Virus record (IMG/VR): IMGVR_UViG_3300001598_000037
Coordinates: 26,811 to 90,810 of that record
DNA: 64,000 nt
Strand: one strand, 5' to 3'
Origin: a virus
Lineage: Duplodnaviria; Caudoviricetes
A model generated the notes under the pieces. The model was not told the DNA's origin. It worked only from the letters and a program-made list of their open reading frames with translations, and ran no database searches. Shown in pieces: positions 54,327 through 63,611 of this stretch. Position 1 is the first letter of the stretch. Each line of letters begins with the position of its first letter. The translations under genes and the position numbers were made by a program.

Positions 54327-54782
54327 TTAAAAATCAATTTTTATTTTACCGCGATTTAAAGCATTAGTCATAGCGACATAACTTTTTAAGAAATATCTTG
54401 CTTCTGCTTTATAATCACGAGTAGTCATATCTGGACGCATAGTAACATCTGTCATCCAGACATCACCGCTGTCGTCATTGTAGATAGGCATGTTCAGATA
54501 GTCATAATCTGAACAGTCAAAATCATTTCTGATCTTAACACCTGTATTTACAGCATAGCCGCAAACCCAAGATCCGTGTTGATCTTGGCCTTCTGCAGAT
54601 TTGATAATATCTGTGTCTGCCATATCGTAACCGTCAGACCAACCAACAGCTATGACGAAATTTTCGTCTAGTTTGTGGGTCCAACAGCCGTTTTGGTCAG
54701 CTTTGAAGTAGTCGCAGGCTATTTTTAAAAAGTCTGCTACTTCTTGGATTTTTTTCTTTGTTAAAATTGTTTTTTGATTCAT
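54327..54782 (-). CDS. Hypothetical protein (151 aa)
   Basis: VGWSDGYD motif; RBS GGAGGT. Confidence 0.7.
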   Translation of the reverse strand: MNQKTILTKKKIQEVADFLKIACDYFKADQNGCWTHKLDENFVIAVGWSDGYDMADTDIIKSAEGQDQHGSWVCGYAVNTGVKIRNDFDCSDYDYLNMPIYNDDSGDVWMTDVTMRPDMTTRDYKAEARYFLKSYVAMTNALNRGKIKIDF

Positions 54783-54794
54783 AAGAATACCTCC

Positions 54795-55088
54795 TTATAA
54801 TTCTATTTGGAAATCGAGATAACATTTTTCTCCAATTGAAACATGGATTTTCACGTTATAACAATTTGCAATATCTTTTACGAGCGCTTTAGCCATATTA
54901 TAATCGTCAGGATCTAAAACCTTCCAATCATAATCTTCTTCATCGGGATCACAATCTCCTGGTAAATCCCAATTACCCCAATAACGTACGGCACATGTAT
55001 TGCCGCCGTAGTCATACCAGTTACTGCCCCAAGAGTCGAAAACGGCTCTTAGGGAGTCTTTTGCAGCCTTTATTCTATCGACTGCCAT
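54795..55088 (-). CDS. Hypothetical protein (97 aa)
   Basis: VRYWGNW...DYDW...GEK. Confidence 0.7.
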   Translation of the reverse strand: MAVDRIKAAKDSLRAVFDSWGSNWYDYGGNTCAVRYWGNWDLPGDCDPDEEDYDWKVLDPDDYNMAKALVKDIANCYNVKIHVSIGEKCYLDFQIEL

Positions 55089-55091
55089 GGA

Positions 55092-55361
55092 TTAATCCTC
55101 TTCTTCTGTTGCAGAAGCGGCTGTTTGAACAACTGAAGCAAATTCATTGCCAGCCCAACAAACATCTTCTGGATCAATTTCTATTTCACCGATATACGTA
55201 CCATCTTCTCTAGTAACAGTTACTATATAGCTACATGTTTTGGGTTCAAGTTCAGTAACATTATGGTCTGCCCAGCAGGCCATTCTGTCTCTTTCTTCAT
55301 CTTTTCTGTAATACTTACATTTAGCGCAAGATCCTTTTGGTAATGAACAAATAATTGCCAT
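55092..55361 (-). CDS. Cys-containing hypothetical protein
   Basis: Start re-assigned to 55361 after GGAGG; C.LP..SCAKC..Y...ACW. Confidence 0.65.
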   Translation of the reverse strand: MAIICSLPKGSCAKCKYYRKDEERDRMACWADHNVTELEPKTCSYIVTVTREDGTYIGEIEIDPEDVCWAGNEFASVVQTAASATEEED

Positions 55362-55377
55362 ATTATTTCCTCCTTTC

Positions 55378-55731
55378 TTACATATTACATAATTCTTCCA
55401 CAAGGAAAGAATCTTCATCATAATCACGGTCAGCATATTTGCCTTCACAATTATAATTATCGATGACATCTCTGGCTCCGTGTTCTGAGATACAGTTTGC
55501 TAATGCGTCGCCACAATCCCAGGCAGATACATGGAAACAATCTTCAAGATAATCTTCCATAATGGCAAGAAGTTCTTGAAATTCTTCTTCAGTGACATGT
55601 TTGTAGCGACCATCCTTGTCTTCTAAATATTGCATACTATATGCTAATACGTAAGTATAGAAGTTGTGTTTAGCATTTTTCATTGCATCTGCTTTTGCTT
55701 GTAATTGTTTGTAATTTAAGAATTTTTTCAT
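55378..55731 (-). CDS. Acidic hypothetical protein
   Basis: RBS GGAGGT. Confidence 0.7.
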   Translation of the reverse strand: MKKFLNYKQLQAKADAMKNAKHNFYTYVLAYSMQYLEDKDGRYKHVTEEEFQELLAIMEDYLEDCFHVSAWDCGDALANCISEHGARDVIDNYNCEGKYADRDYDEDSFLVEELCNM

Positions 55732-55745
55732 AATTCTACCTCCTT

Positions 55746-56066
55746 TTAATTAAAATTAACTTTAAGGTCACAGTCCCTAAAGTAAATATCATTATTACCA
55801 TATGAAGTAAACTCGAAGACTTTTTTATAGTCTAAGATATAACCTCTCTCCGCACACCAATCAATAAGAGTGTCTATATTATGACCATTATCATAGGCCC
55901 TTACTTCATCTCCCTCTAGATCTTCGCAATAATCATCGCAACAACGATCAGCGTAATCTAATAAGGATTCGACATCTGCAAATTCTTTTCCCATTTTTTC
56001 AAGATTGACATCAAGTTCAATGCCTGCGATGTCTTGGCCTTCTTCATCAATTGTTGTGTTGTCCAT
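55746..56066 (-). CDS. Acidic hypothetical protein
   Basis: RBS GGAGGT. Confidence 0.7.
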   Translation of the reverse strand: MDNTTIDEEGQDIAGIELDVNLEKMGKEFADVESLLDYADRCCDDYCEDLEGDEVRAYDNGHNIDTLIDWCAERGYILDYKKVFEFTSYGNNDIYFRDCDLKVNFN

Positions 56067-56067
56067 A

Positions 56068-56256
56068 TTAGTACCTCCAATATTTTATATTCCAGCTTTT
56101 ATGTTTTACTGGTGTAACTTCTACCATATAAGTAGAAGCCATTAGTTTTTTGACCGCTTCTTGATCGCCATTATTGACGGCAAATTGCCCGTGATCCTTA
56201 GTATAATCACGGGTGTTTTTTGCCACAATGTGTTTTAATTCCTCTGTGCTACTCAT
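56068..56256 (-). CDS. Hypothetical protein (62 aa)
   Basis: In-operon ORF. Confidence 0.55.
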   Translation of the reverse strand: MSSTEELKHIVAKNTRDYTKDHGQFAVNNGDQEAVKKLMASTYMVEVTPVKHKSWNIKYWRY

Positions 56257-56258
56257 AA

Positions 56259-56588
56259 TTAATCTTTCCAGATAATGGCGTTATAGCGTAATCCCTCATT
56301 ATCCTTAAATACATCAGTAGATATTATGTCCACGTCTTTCATCTGGTTATCAATAAGCGTTACGACTTTTTCATAGCCTAATTTTGCTACATAATCTTGT
56401 AAATAACTATGTGGTCGTTCGTGTAACTCCCATGTAAGTAATTCTACAGCAGTTTTGTCTTTTTTCACCCAGTTATAAGCTAGTATAGAATTAATCATGT
56501 TAATACAGCTTATTTCCTGTTGGGCAGGAGAGCCGTATGGCTCCCCTCTGTGTAATACTTTTAATTGTTCTAGTTGGTAATCGTTCAT
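56259..56588 (-). CDS. Hypothetical protein (109 aa)
   Basis: Start re-assigned to 56588 after the GGAGGTGCAATT cassette. Confidence 0.7.
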   Translation of the reverse strand: MNDYQLEQLKVLHRGEPYGSPAQQEISCINMINSILAYNWVKKDKTAVELLTWELHERPHSYLQDYVAKLGYEKVVTLIDNQMKDVDIISTDVFKDNEGLRYNAIIWKD

Positions 56589-56599
56589 AATTGCACCTC

Positions 56600-58111
56600 C
56601 TATTCTTTGTCTTTTAAGGCGCGGCAACGCTCTACCCATGCATCAAGGAATTCTGTTAACTCCTTGTTGTAGATAGGCTTGTTATATGCTAAATACTTCT
56701 GTCTAATTTCTCTACATGTAGGAGAAAGTTCAACAGTCACCAAAGATTTATTTGGAAACTCAACTTTTCTACATACAAAGATGTTAGACTTGCCGTCCGC
56801 GATATTTGGAGCATAACCAGCAACGCAGTTGTGTTATTGCGTAGCCTCGTCGATCAAGTCTTCTTGATCTTTTATTGCTCTAATTAAATATGTATCGCCA
56901 GTCCAATCATATTTTTTCAAATATTCATTTCTTTCTGCGATTTTTTGATTGAACATAGTATCGCGTTTTTGTCTACAAAGACGAGCCGCGATGTCATGTT
57001 CTCTTTTTAGAGAATCACCGTCGATTTTTGGCTCCATTTGGAGCTGATTACACATCATAAGGTAATCATTCAAAATCTCCAACGCGATGTATCTGTCCAA
57101 CGCTTCGTGCATATCTAATCTGTTTAGATAATTAGCAAGTGTTTCGAATGTAAATACTTTCTTACCTTGATACTCCTTATTAAGGATTCCACGAATCATT
57201 CGTAAATCACGTTCCGAATAATTCTGATCTATTACTAATAATGCACATTCAGGACTAAGATTATCCATCTTGCACATTACACGTAAGTGATCCCAAATAT
57301 CAATATCGGGATAATCCTTTAAAGCATCATAAAGTTCCTTTGGAGCTTTAAAGATTTCCTTTGGTGACTTACCTTGTTGGCAAAGTCTATTGATTTTGTC
57401 CAAATAGCCTTGATCGAGACTATACCAGTAACGATACCTCTCGTCTTGTGGTTTGGTATCAGAAATTTTATAGATAAAATCCTTCATAAATTCATAATTA
57501 GCTTTATATAATGTTTCAATATATGGAGCCATTAACAAATATTCGAGTTTTTTAATTTTAACATCGTCTGCAAATTTTTTCAACCAAACATTATTATTCG
57601 TTAAAATAGTAGCAAGTTCTGATTGTGAATTTAAAAAATGTCTATCCGCGAACAGTTGCATATTATTTAATTTTCTAGTTTTTATTTTAATTTCGATAAT
57701 ATTGGTTGGACTGGCTTGAAAATAATAACTACCTTTGTTATTATCTTTATAAGCGGCTTCAAGTGCAACTTCATATACAGCACCGTTATCATCTGCAAAA
57801 CCATAACGGTTTTTACAGTAGATACAGTCATCGCTGCTTTTATCATATGTAGCTGGCATTTCAAAACAACTCGCGTAATTTTTAGGACTGCGATATGCTC
57901 TATATTTGGTATTATTATAAGAGCGTGTTTCGACAAAACCTTCGTCAGGTCTTAATCCGTAATCTTCAATGTGATATAGTTTTACATGATCATCACTGTC
58001 GTAATGTTCTTTTTCAAAGCCGACAGATGTAAAGCCTAGTTCTTTGATAATGTTTAAAAATTGTGTGAAACTATATGTCCCACTTTGAAATTGTTCAAGA
58101 TATTTGTTCAT
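56600..58111 (-). pseudogene. PcfJ-like protein interrupted by an in-frame TAA (56834-56836)
   Basis: IDGDSLKREHD...LIDEATQ*HNCVAGY...IFVCRK...KSLVTVE...RQ...YN; the PcfJ motif straddles the stop; natural TAG at 56600 abuts the next RBS. Confidence 0.8.
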
Positions 58112-58178
58112 ATAATATCCTCCTTAAATTGTAATTGTATATAAAGGCGCCCATATTACAGAGCGCCTAAATATTAAG

Positions 58179-58433
58179 TTATCTAGCGTGCCAAAAATCG
58201 TAATCTGCTTTATCGTGTGGCACTTTTAATACTTCTGCTAAATATTCAGTATAGTCGTGTACATAGATGTTGTGTTCGTTCACTTCAATACCTTGACTTT
58301 CTAAATATTTAATGGCATCTTGTTTTATTGCAAGGCGTGATTGATATTCCGCTTCATAATTATCAGCATCAATGAACGCAAAGCCTAATACTCTGCGTTC
58401 ATAAGACACTTGGACGAGCTTTTTGAGGAGCAT
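58179..58433 (-). CDS. Hypothetical protein (84 aa)
   Basis: ATG at 58433 overlapping the upstream stop. Confidence 0.6.
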   Translation of the reverse strand: MLLKKLVQVSYERRVLGFAFIDADNYEAEYQSRLAIKQDAIKYLESQGIEVNEHNIYVHDYTEYLAEVLKVPHDKADYDFWHAR

Positions 58434-58996
58434 TAGCAATCCTCTTCTTCTGCGTCGAGCTCATCATATTCGTCGTATTCGTCTTCAGATTCTTCAAGAA
58501 GATATTCTTTAACCTTTTCAGTTAAGTATTCTTCTATAAATTCTTCTTTAAGACGAGGATCAGCTTCACAGATTGGAGCCATTACAAGATCATAGGCTTT
58601 ATTATCTTTTAAGATATAAGTACCTATTACTTCTTCGTTTTCAATGATGTCTACAAGCTTAATGTCTACAACTCCCGCTTTTTTAAGATCAGCACCACTC
58701 ATAAGAAGATTTTGTAATCTCATTACAGTTGGGATAACTTTAGCTTTAGTTAGTTCTCCTTGAACTAGTCCATAAACAAGTTCTTTCATAGCCTTTTCAT
58801 CAGCGTCATTAATTGCTGCACCAACTTGGATGCCAAGAATTTCTACTACTCTTAATCCATTTGGTTGAAGAATTGCTTTGAAGATATCGTTGCTATTTAA
58901 TTTCTTAGCACTGGCTGCTGCCTTGATTTCTTCTGCTGTTAAAGCTTCTACCTTTTCGTTTTCTAAATTGTTGTTAATTAAATTGATATTTGACAT
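58433..58996 (-). CDS. Hypothetical protein with acidic tail
   Basis: GGAGGACACAATTATG cassette. Confidence 0.7.
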   Translation of the reverse strand: MSNINLINNNLENEKVEALTAEEIKAAASAKKLNSNDIFKAILQPNGLRVVEILGIQVGAAINDADEKAMKELVYGLVQGELTKAKVIPTVMRLQNLLMSGADLKKAGVVDIKLVDIIENEEVIGTYILKDNKAYDLVMAPICEADPRLKEEFIEEYLTEKVKEYLLEESEDEYDEYDELDAEEEDC

Positions 58997-59010
58997 AATT
59001 GTGTCCTCCT

Positions 59011-59283
59011 TTATTTTTTTAATTTATAATCTTTTTCATCAAAACTATTACCACCAAGCATTCTTAAAAAAGAATTTAATTGATCAGCATAGTTGGTTCT
59101 ATGAGCGCAGTATAATGGTAAAGCTTCAAAGACTTCTTTGGTAACTGCACCAATAGTACAATGATCTGAAGAAGTAAACACATAACGTGTTACTTCTCCA
59201 GCTTCTAATTCAGAGACTCTGATATATGCACCAGAGTCTTCTGTTAAGACTTTTAAAACTTCTTCTTTATTTAGATAGTTCAT
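59011..59283 (-). CDS. Hypothetical protein (90 aa)
   Basis: RBS AAGGAG. Confidence 0.7.
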   Translation of the reverse strand: MNYLNKEEVLKVLTEDSGAYIRVSELEAGEVTRYVFTSSDHCTIGAVTKEVFEALPLYCAHRTNYADQLNSFLRMLGGNSFDEKDYKLKK

Positions 59284-59431
59284 AAAGTCTCCTTTTATCA
59301 GATTCAGTGAGAGATCTGAAAATTTGGAAGTTACTTAAACCCATGAAGTATTCACAGAATTCTTCATAAGTACGGCCCTTTGCGGCTTCTTTGAACTTGC
59401 CAGGATTAATTGCAAATAATTGATCTGCCAT
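59267..59431 (-). CDS. Hypothetical protein (54 aa, not in track)
   Basis: RBS GGAGG; MADQLFAINPGKFKEAAKGRTYEEFCEYFMG... Confidence 0.65.
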   Translation of the reverse strand: MADQLFAINPGKFKEAAKGRTYEEFCEYFMGLSNFQIFRSLTESDKRRLYELSK

Positions 59432-59451
59432 TACGGTTCCTCCTTTCTTTA

Positions 59452-60216
59452 TTATATAGTTGAAGCGCCTGGGATAATTTGTAAGAAATTACCCAAGAAT
59501 TGCTTTCTATAGTTATCAACACCATCACTATTACTGCTATAAGTATTAGTTTCATAATCAGCAAAGTTAATTTCATTGGCATCAGTTAACTTACCATTAA
59601 GATAATAAAGAGTTTCTTTATTATAACCAACTTGATCAACTTCAGTTAAATAGTATTGAATTTTAACTTGATCCATACTATTTAATATAGTTTTTGTATA
59701 AACATTTTTACTATCACCGCCATTGATAGTATATTCTACACCATTATAAACATGAGTAGTTCTGTTCGCAATATCTTTTTGTTTGCAACCAAGTGCATCA
59801 CAAACAGCATTTAAAACAGCTTTTCTTAATTCTTTATCTTCCACTTTTGTATAAGGACTATAATAGAATCTGCCGAATTTCGCATCTTGAACACCAAGAG
59901 CAGTTAATTGTTCAATAGTGCAAGGAATATCTTGATTAAAGTTAGGTTTTTCACTTCTTTCTAAACCTTTAGCTTCTAATCTCTTGTCATAACTTGAGCC
60001 TTGTTGATTTCCGAACATGAAAGTTTGATAAGTCATCTTTACTAGATCTTGAGCGGCTGGATTAGTCTTTTTATAAATTTTTTGTGTAATCATCGCATGA
60101 ACACCACGTCCGTCACAATTATTAAATTGTTGTGCGATAGCTAATTTGTTGATAGGTTGTACACCAGTTGTTAAATTGTTGAAAATTGTCTTTAAAATTG
60201 TTTCTGTAATCATCAT
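59452..60216 (-). CDS. Hypothetical protein (254 aa)
   Basis: RBS GGAGGT; own promoter. Confidence 0.75.
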   Translation of the reverse strand: MMITETILKTIFNNLTTGVQPINKLAIAQQFNNCDGRGVHAMITQKIYKKTNPAAQDLVKMTYQTFMFGNQQGSSYDKRLEAKGLERSEKPNFNQDIPCTIEQLTALGVQDAKFGRFYYSPYTKVEDKELRKAVLNAVCDALGCKQKDIANRTTHVYNGVEYTINGGDSKNVYTKTILNSMDQVKIQYYLTEVDQVGYNKETLYYLNGKLTDANEINFADYETNTYSSNSDGVDNYRKQFLGNFLQIIPGASTI

Positions 60217-60281
60217 AATAATTACCTCCTATAAAATTGTTTTTGCGTGTTTTGACGGATGCGACCCCCGTTGATACTAAT

Positions 60282-60310
60282 ATTATACCAGGCTATTTTT
60301 GATCTGGCAA
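60282..60310 (-). promoter_or_regulatory. Minus-strand promoter
   Basis: TTGCCA-17-TATAAT with TG. Confidence 0.8.
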
Positions 60311-60445
60311 GTCTTTTTCTGCATCTTCTTTTGATGAAATGATGATATAGTCACCAATCTCTATAATTTCGATGCTCGGATCTGGATTAGCTAAATACTT
60401 TTTAGCTGTTACACTGTCTTTTTGGACACCAATTGACCTTTTCAT
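60293..60445 (-). CDS. Hypothetical protein (50 aa, not in track)
   Basis: RBS GGAGGTG; MKRSIGVQKDSVTAKKYLANPDPSIEIIEIGDYIII... Confidence 0.65.
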   Translation of the reverse strand: MKRSIGVQKDSVTAKKYLANPDPSIEIIEIGDYIIISSKEDAEKDLPDQK

Positions 60446-60571
60446 GCTTCTTCACCTCCTTCTGCCTTAATCTTTTCAGGACGATCCTCTTTAGAGAGGT
60501 TCATAATCATCTCAATAAAATTTTTCAATAATTGTTTTACAGTTTTCAGCTATATTAATCTTTTTTTTCAT
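60442..60571 (-). pseudogene. Short gene with an apparent 1-nt insertion near 60550
   Basis: 130 nt = 43 codons + 1; MKKKINI joins LKTVKQLLKNFIEMIMNLSKED...EEA; ATGA overlap with the next gene. Confidence 0.4.
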
Positions 60572-60590
60572 ATAATTTTTTCCTTCTTTC

Positions 60591-61580
60591 TTATTTATTT
60601 ATAAAATATTTAGGAAGTTTAACCTTCTTAACTTTCTTAAAACATTTAAGAAGGCCTTTACTTCCGTTCTTTAATAGCACGTCGTTGGCATCCTTGCATC
60701 CTTTTGGATATTTTATATAGCCAATAACGTTACTGCGAACAGCCATAATGCTGTGTAAATTTTCTTGACCTGATTTGTCAGCATCAAGAGCTAATATTAG
60801 TCTATAAGGGCTTAATAGCTCTGCTTGTTTATTTGTCATTGTGCATGTATGCAGAGCAATGACGTTTTGAATACCTGCGGTTCTGCAAGCTAAATAGTCG
60901 AACCATCCTTCAACTACATACACATATGATGTAGTTTGTGACAGATGATCTAAGCCATAAATATAACCAGCTGCATCAAAACCTTTTGAATTTTGATACT
61001 TTGGTTTGGCTAGATCCAGATTACGATATATCAGCCCTGATAATCCAGAGCCGTTATATGTAGGTATGACAATAGCATTAGCCTTCTTGTCATACCAAAG
61101 CTTCATATCTTTAATTACATCTTCAGAGATACCACGGGCTAATATAGGACCATAGTCACCTCTATTAATATATGATTTTTTTGCCGCTTCTCTTAGTTCA
61201 GAGTTAGCGACTGGAACTATACTTGCTGCTGAAACTGTGCTTGCTGTTGGAGCGGATGTTGGCGCTGAAGCTGGCACATGTAGATTTAACGTGTCAATAA
61301 TTATTTTTGCAGCCTTCGCAGCATCTTTCTTGGCGTCAATACCTGACTTCTTACAAACAAAATTAATATTGGTGAAATGTTTATCTTTGCCGATAGCACC
61401 AAAATCAGTAATACGAGCTTTAAATCTTGTGTCATCAGAACATTTACACGATGGGTTTTTATCTTCTCTAAAAGGAGATGAGAACCATCCCCCTTTAGTT
61501 TTAATGCCGCAAACTTTTTCGACTACGTCAATAGATGGCGCAGCGTTTGCAATAGTAAATATAGAATTAGAAGTATCCAT
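60591..61580 (-). CDS. Second primase-like TOPRIM protein
   Basis: SPFREDKNPS (CHC2-like, first Cys lost), AIVIP, PKYQNS, YVVEGWFD, LALDAD, KDANDVL. Confidence 0.8.
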   Translation of the reverse strand: MDTSNSIFTIANAAPSIDVVEKVCGIKTKGGWFSSPFREDKNPSCKCSDDTRFKARITDFGAIGKDKHFTNINFVCKKSGIDAKKDAAKAAKIIIDTLNLHVPASAPTSAPTASTVSAASIVPVANSELREAAKKSYINRGDYGPILARGISEDVIKDMKLWYDKKANAIVIPTYNGSGLSGLIYRNLDLAKPKYQNSKGFDAAGYIYGLDHLSQTTSYVYVVEGWFDYLACRTAGIQNVIALHTCTMTNKQAELLSPYRLILALDADKSGQENLHSIMAVRSNVIGYIKYPKGCKDANDVLLKNGSKGLLKCFKKVKKVKLPKYFINK

Positions 61581-62089
61581 TATAGATCCTCCTCATCGAT
61601 ATCATCTAAGAAACGACGACTATTGCCGCCGCCCTTTACTTTTGTTTGACGACGTCTATTTCCATCGCCGTTATCACGTTTATCATAGCGTTTTTTACCA
61701 CCACCGTTTCCATGATGACGAGAATATGAAGAACCATATGAGCTGTCGTCATCAAATTCTTCTTCAAGATCATCATAGTGGTCTGGAGTTTTTGGAGCTG
61801 TGACTACTGGAATACCAACTATACCTGTAGCAATCGGATCCTTGCCAGGAGTAAGATTTTCTAGAAGCTTTGTAACCATTACTTCTTTACCAACAATAAT
61901 GTCGGCTTGAGTAAGAATGTTACGACCTTCCTTACCCAACATACTGAATGTAGAGAATGTTTTGATTTCTTTACTATCAATATTTGTGCTACAGTTAAAT
62001 CCTGCAGCAAATACGTTTGTGACTTTGGCTTTTAGATTGATACCTAAAGTCTTAGCTGTTTGGGCATTGCCCTTATAAATTGTTGCCAT
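61580..62089 (-). CDS. Possible OB/S1-like nucleic-acid-binding protein with charged tail
   Basis: Beta-rich N-terminus; G/R/D-rich disordered tail ending FLDDIDEEDL. Confidence 0.4.
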   Translation of the reverse strand: MATIYKGNAQTAKTLGINLKAKVTNVFAAGFNCSTNIDSKEIKTFSTFSMLGKEGRNILTQADIIVGKEVMVTKLLENLTPGKDPIATGIVGIPVVTAPKTPDHYDDLEEEFDDDSSYGSSYSRHHGNGGGKKRYDKRDNGDGNRRRQTKVKGGGNSRRFLDDIDEEDL

Positions 62090-62302
62090 AATTATTTTCC
62101 TCCTTATTATGACGTGTGTTATTCATAACTTTCACTGTTACTTTGTCGTCTTTCGCATCTTCGTGCTACCTTCCTCACTATATTCATCACAACGCGAGGG
62201 TCCAACATTTTTCGCAGATAGTCGTTATGAAAAATTGTTTTTCAGAACTTTTTGTCCTGATATCATGCATTTAATTATATAACTAAATGAATGATATCAA
62301 AA

Positions 62303-62333
62303 CAAAAACGGCCGAAGGTTGCCCAACGGCCGA
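62303..62333 (-). terminator. Intrinsic terminator
   Basis: CGGCCG-N12-CGGCCG plus TTTTTGTTTT on the minus strand. Confidence 0.75.
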
Positions 62334-62339
62334 TTTCTG

Positions 62340-62593
62340 TTAATCTGTATAAGGTTCAACTAAAGTGGCTTTCCACTTGTTACCAGAACCGTCAATTTTG
62401 ACATAGTTTTCCCACCAGCCGTGTCTTTCCGCACTATATGTATCATATAGTTTTTTGCGGTTATTTTTTAACCAATCAATAAATTGTTCTTGGTTGAGTG
62501 GTTGACTGAAGGTAAATATATATTCATCAGTGATGTCCGCATAAGGACGATGAGAATAATTATTTATTTCATCAACTAGTGTAATAGTGTCAT
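62340..62593 (-). pseudogene. 84-aa gene with an apparent 1-nt deletion near 62580
   Basis: 254 nt = 85 codons minus 1; RBS GGAG; MTLL(Q)LVDEINNYSHRPY...VEPYTD restored by CA to CAA. Confidence 0.65.
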
Positions 62594-62626
62594 CGCCTGT
62601 TCTCCAGACGATTATTTATTATTTTT

Positions 62627-63559
62627 TTATTCACAAGCCTTCATATCAGCCCATTGTACAGCTGATAAAAGTTGTATATTTTGTCCGATCCATAAACGGT
62701 CGGCTAGTGATAAATCGTTTTCGTCTTCAGCGTTCCACCAGCCCCCAGCCATGTGAAGAAGAACACAAATTCTTTCTCCCTGACTAAGAGCTATACTCAT
62801 TAAATCAGCATAGGCAACACTTGCTAAACCGTGGTGCTTAATCTTTTCTTTATCATATGTATAATTGCCGTCTGATTGTAGTTGATATAAGCCGATCTTA
62901 CAAAAATCATGGCACATGGCAACTCGAGCAACTTGATCGACAGTAAAACCGCCGATCTTTAAGACTCTGCTATATAAGTAACAAGCTAGTTTAAAACTAT
63001 GCTCGATTAAACCACCTTCATAATTTTGGTGGTGAGCCTTAGCGGCAGGAGCCTTTTTGAATTCGTTGAAGAAATATGGAAACTTCGAAATTCTTTCAAC
63101 GATATTATTACACGCTTGTATTAAATCATTAAGATCTTGTCCTTGAATAGGACAGCTGTCCCAAATGTAGTTATTGAAGATAATTTTTTGGCCGTTTGGA
63201 ATTCTTGCAGTGCATACAGCTGATTTCCATAAATGATACCAGCTTTTTTCTCCGCCGCCATAGATCTTTTCGCAGGTATATGAGAAGTTATCCCATGCAC
63301 CAGCCATCATGTTTTGGAAGCAATCGGCAGCAAAGCCGATGTCTCCATGGTGAATTTCATCACCTACGGTTTTGTAGTTTCTTGGGCAATCTTTTGCTGT
63401 TTCGCAACCAATTTCTTTTAGTTGTGAAACAACTTCTCTATAATTGAAAATGTTACAATCAAAATTTTCAATTATATCTAGGACTTTGATACAATCTAAA
63501 ATTGTATCTGTGTTTTGATTAGCAAAATTAATTACTAATCCATCAAATAATTTTTCCAT
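62627..63559 (-). CDS. HD-domain phosphohydrolase
   Basis: HHQNYEGGLIEHS, CHDFCKIG, HGLAS, LHMAG, QWAD. Confidence 0.85.
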   Translation of the reverse strand: MEKLFDGLVINFANQNTDTILDCIKVLDIIENFDCNIFNYREVVSQLKEIGCETAKDCPRNYKTVGDEIHHGDIGFAADCFQNMMAGAWDNFSYTCEKIYGGGEKSWYHLWKSAVCTARIPNGQKIIFNNYIWDSCPIQGQDLNDLIQACNNIVERISKFPYFFNEFKKAPAAKAHHQNYEGGLIEHSFKLACYLYSRVLKIGGFTVDQVARVAMCHDFCKIGLYQLQSDGNYTYDKEKIKHHGLASVAYADLMSIALSQGERICVLLHMAGGWWNAEDENDLSLADRLWIGQNIQLLSAVQWADMKACE

Positions 63560-63611
63560 AATTTTTTCTCCTTTATATAATATGATTCAGAGCATGGATT
63601 CTCTTTAGATA

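Noticed and set aside
58144-58167. AGGCGC-N12-GCGCCT hairpin as a terminator
   Set aside because: Only a 3-nt T-run on the coding strand; may be a processing stem, too weak to call
60230-60275. preQ1-I riboswitch-like leader (ACGGGGGUCGCAUCCGU plus A-rich tail)
   Set aside because: The loop is too short for the conserved preQ1 pocket, and the downstream gene has no link to queuosine
535-63447. Overlapping or antisense ORFs in the track (e.g. 535-750, 4079-4339, 10537-10833, 12415-12645, 14848-15096, 22508-22714, 35002-35214, 41822-42085, 52396-52647, 57682-57936, 61237-61803, 63196-63447)
   Set aside because: They are shadows of well-supported genes, with no RBS and non-protein-like composition
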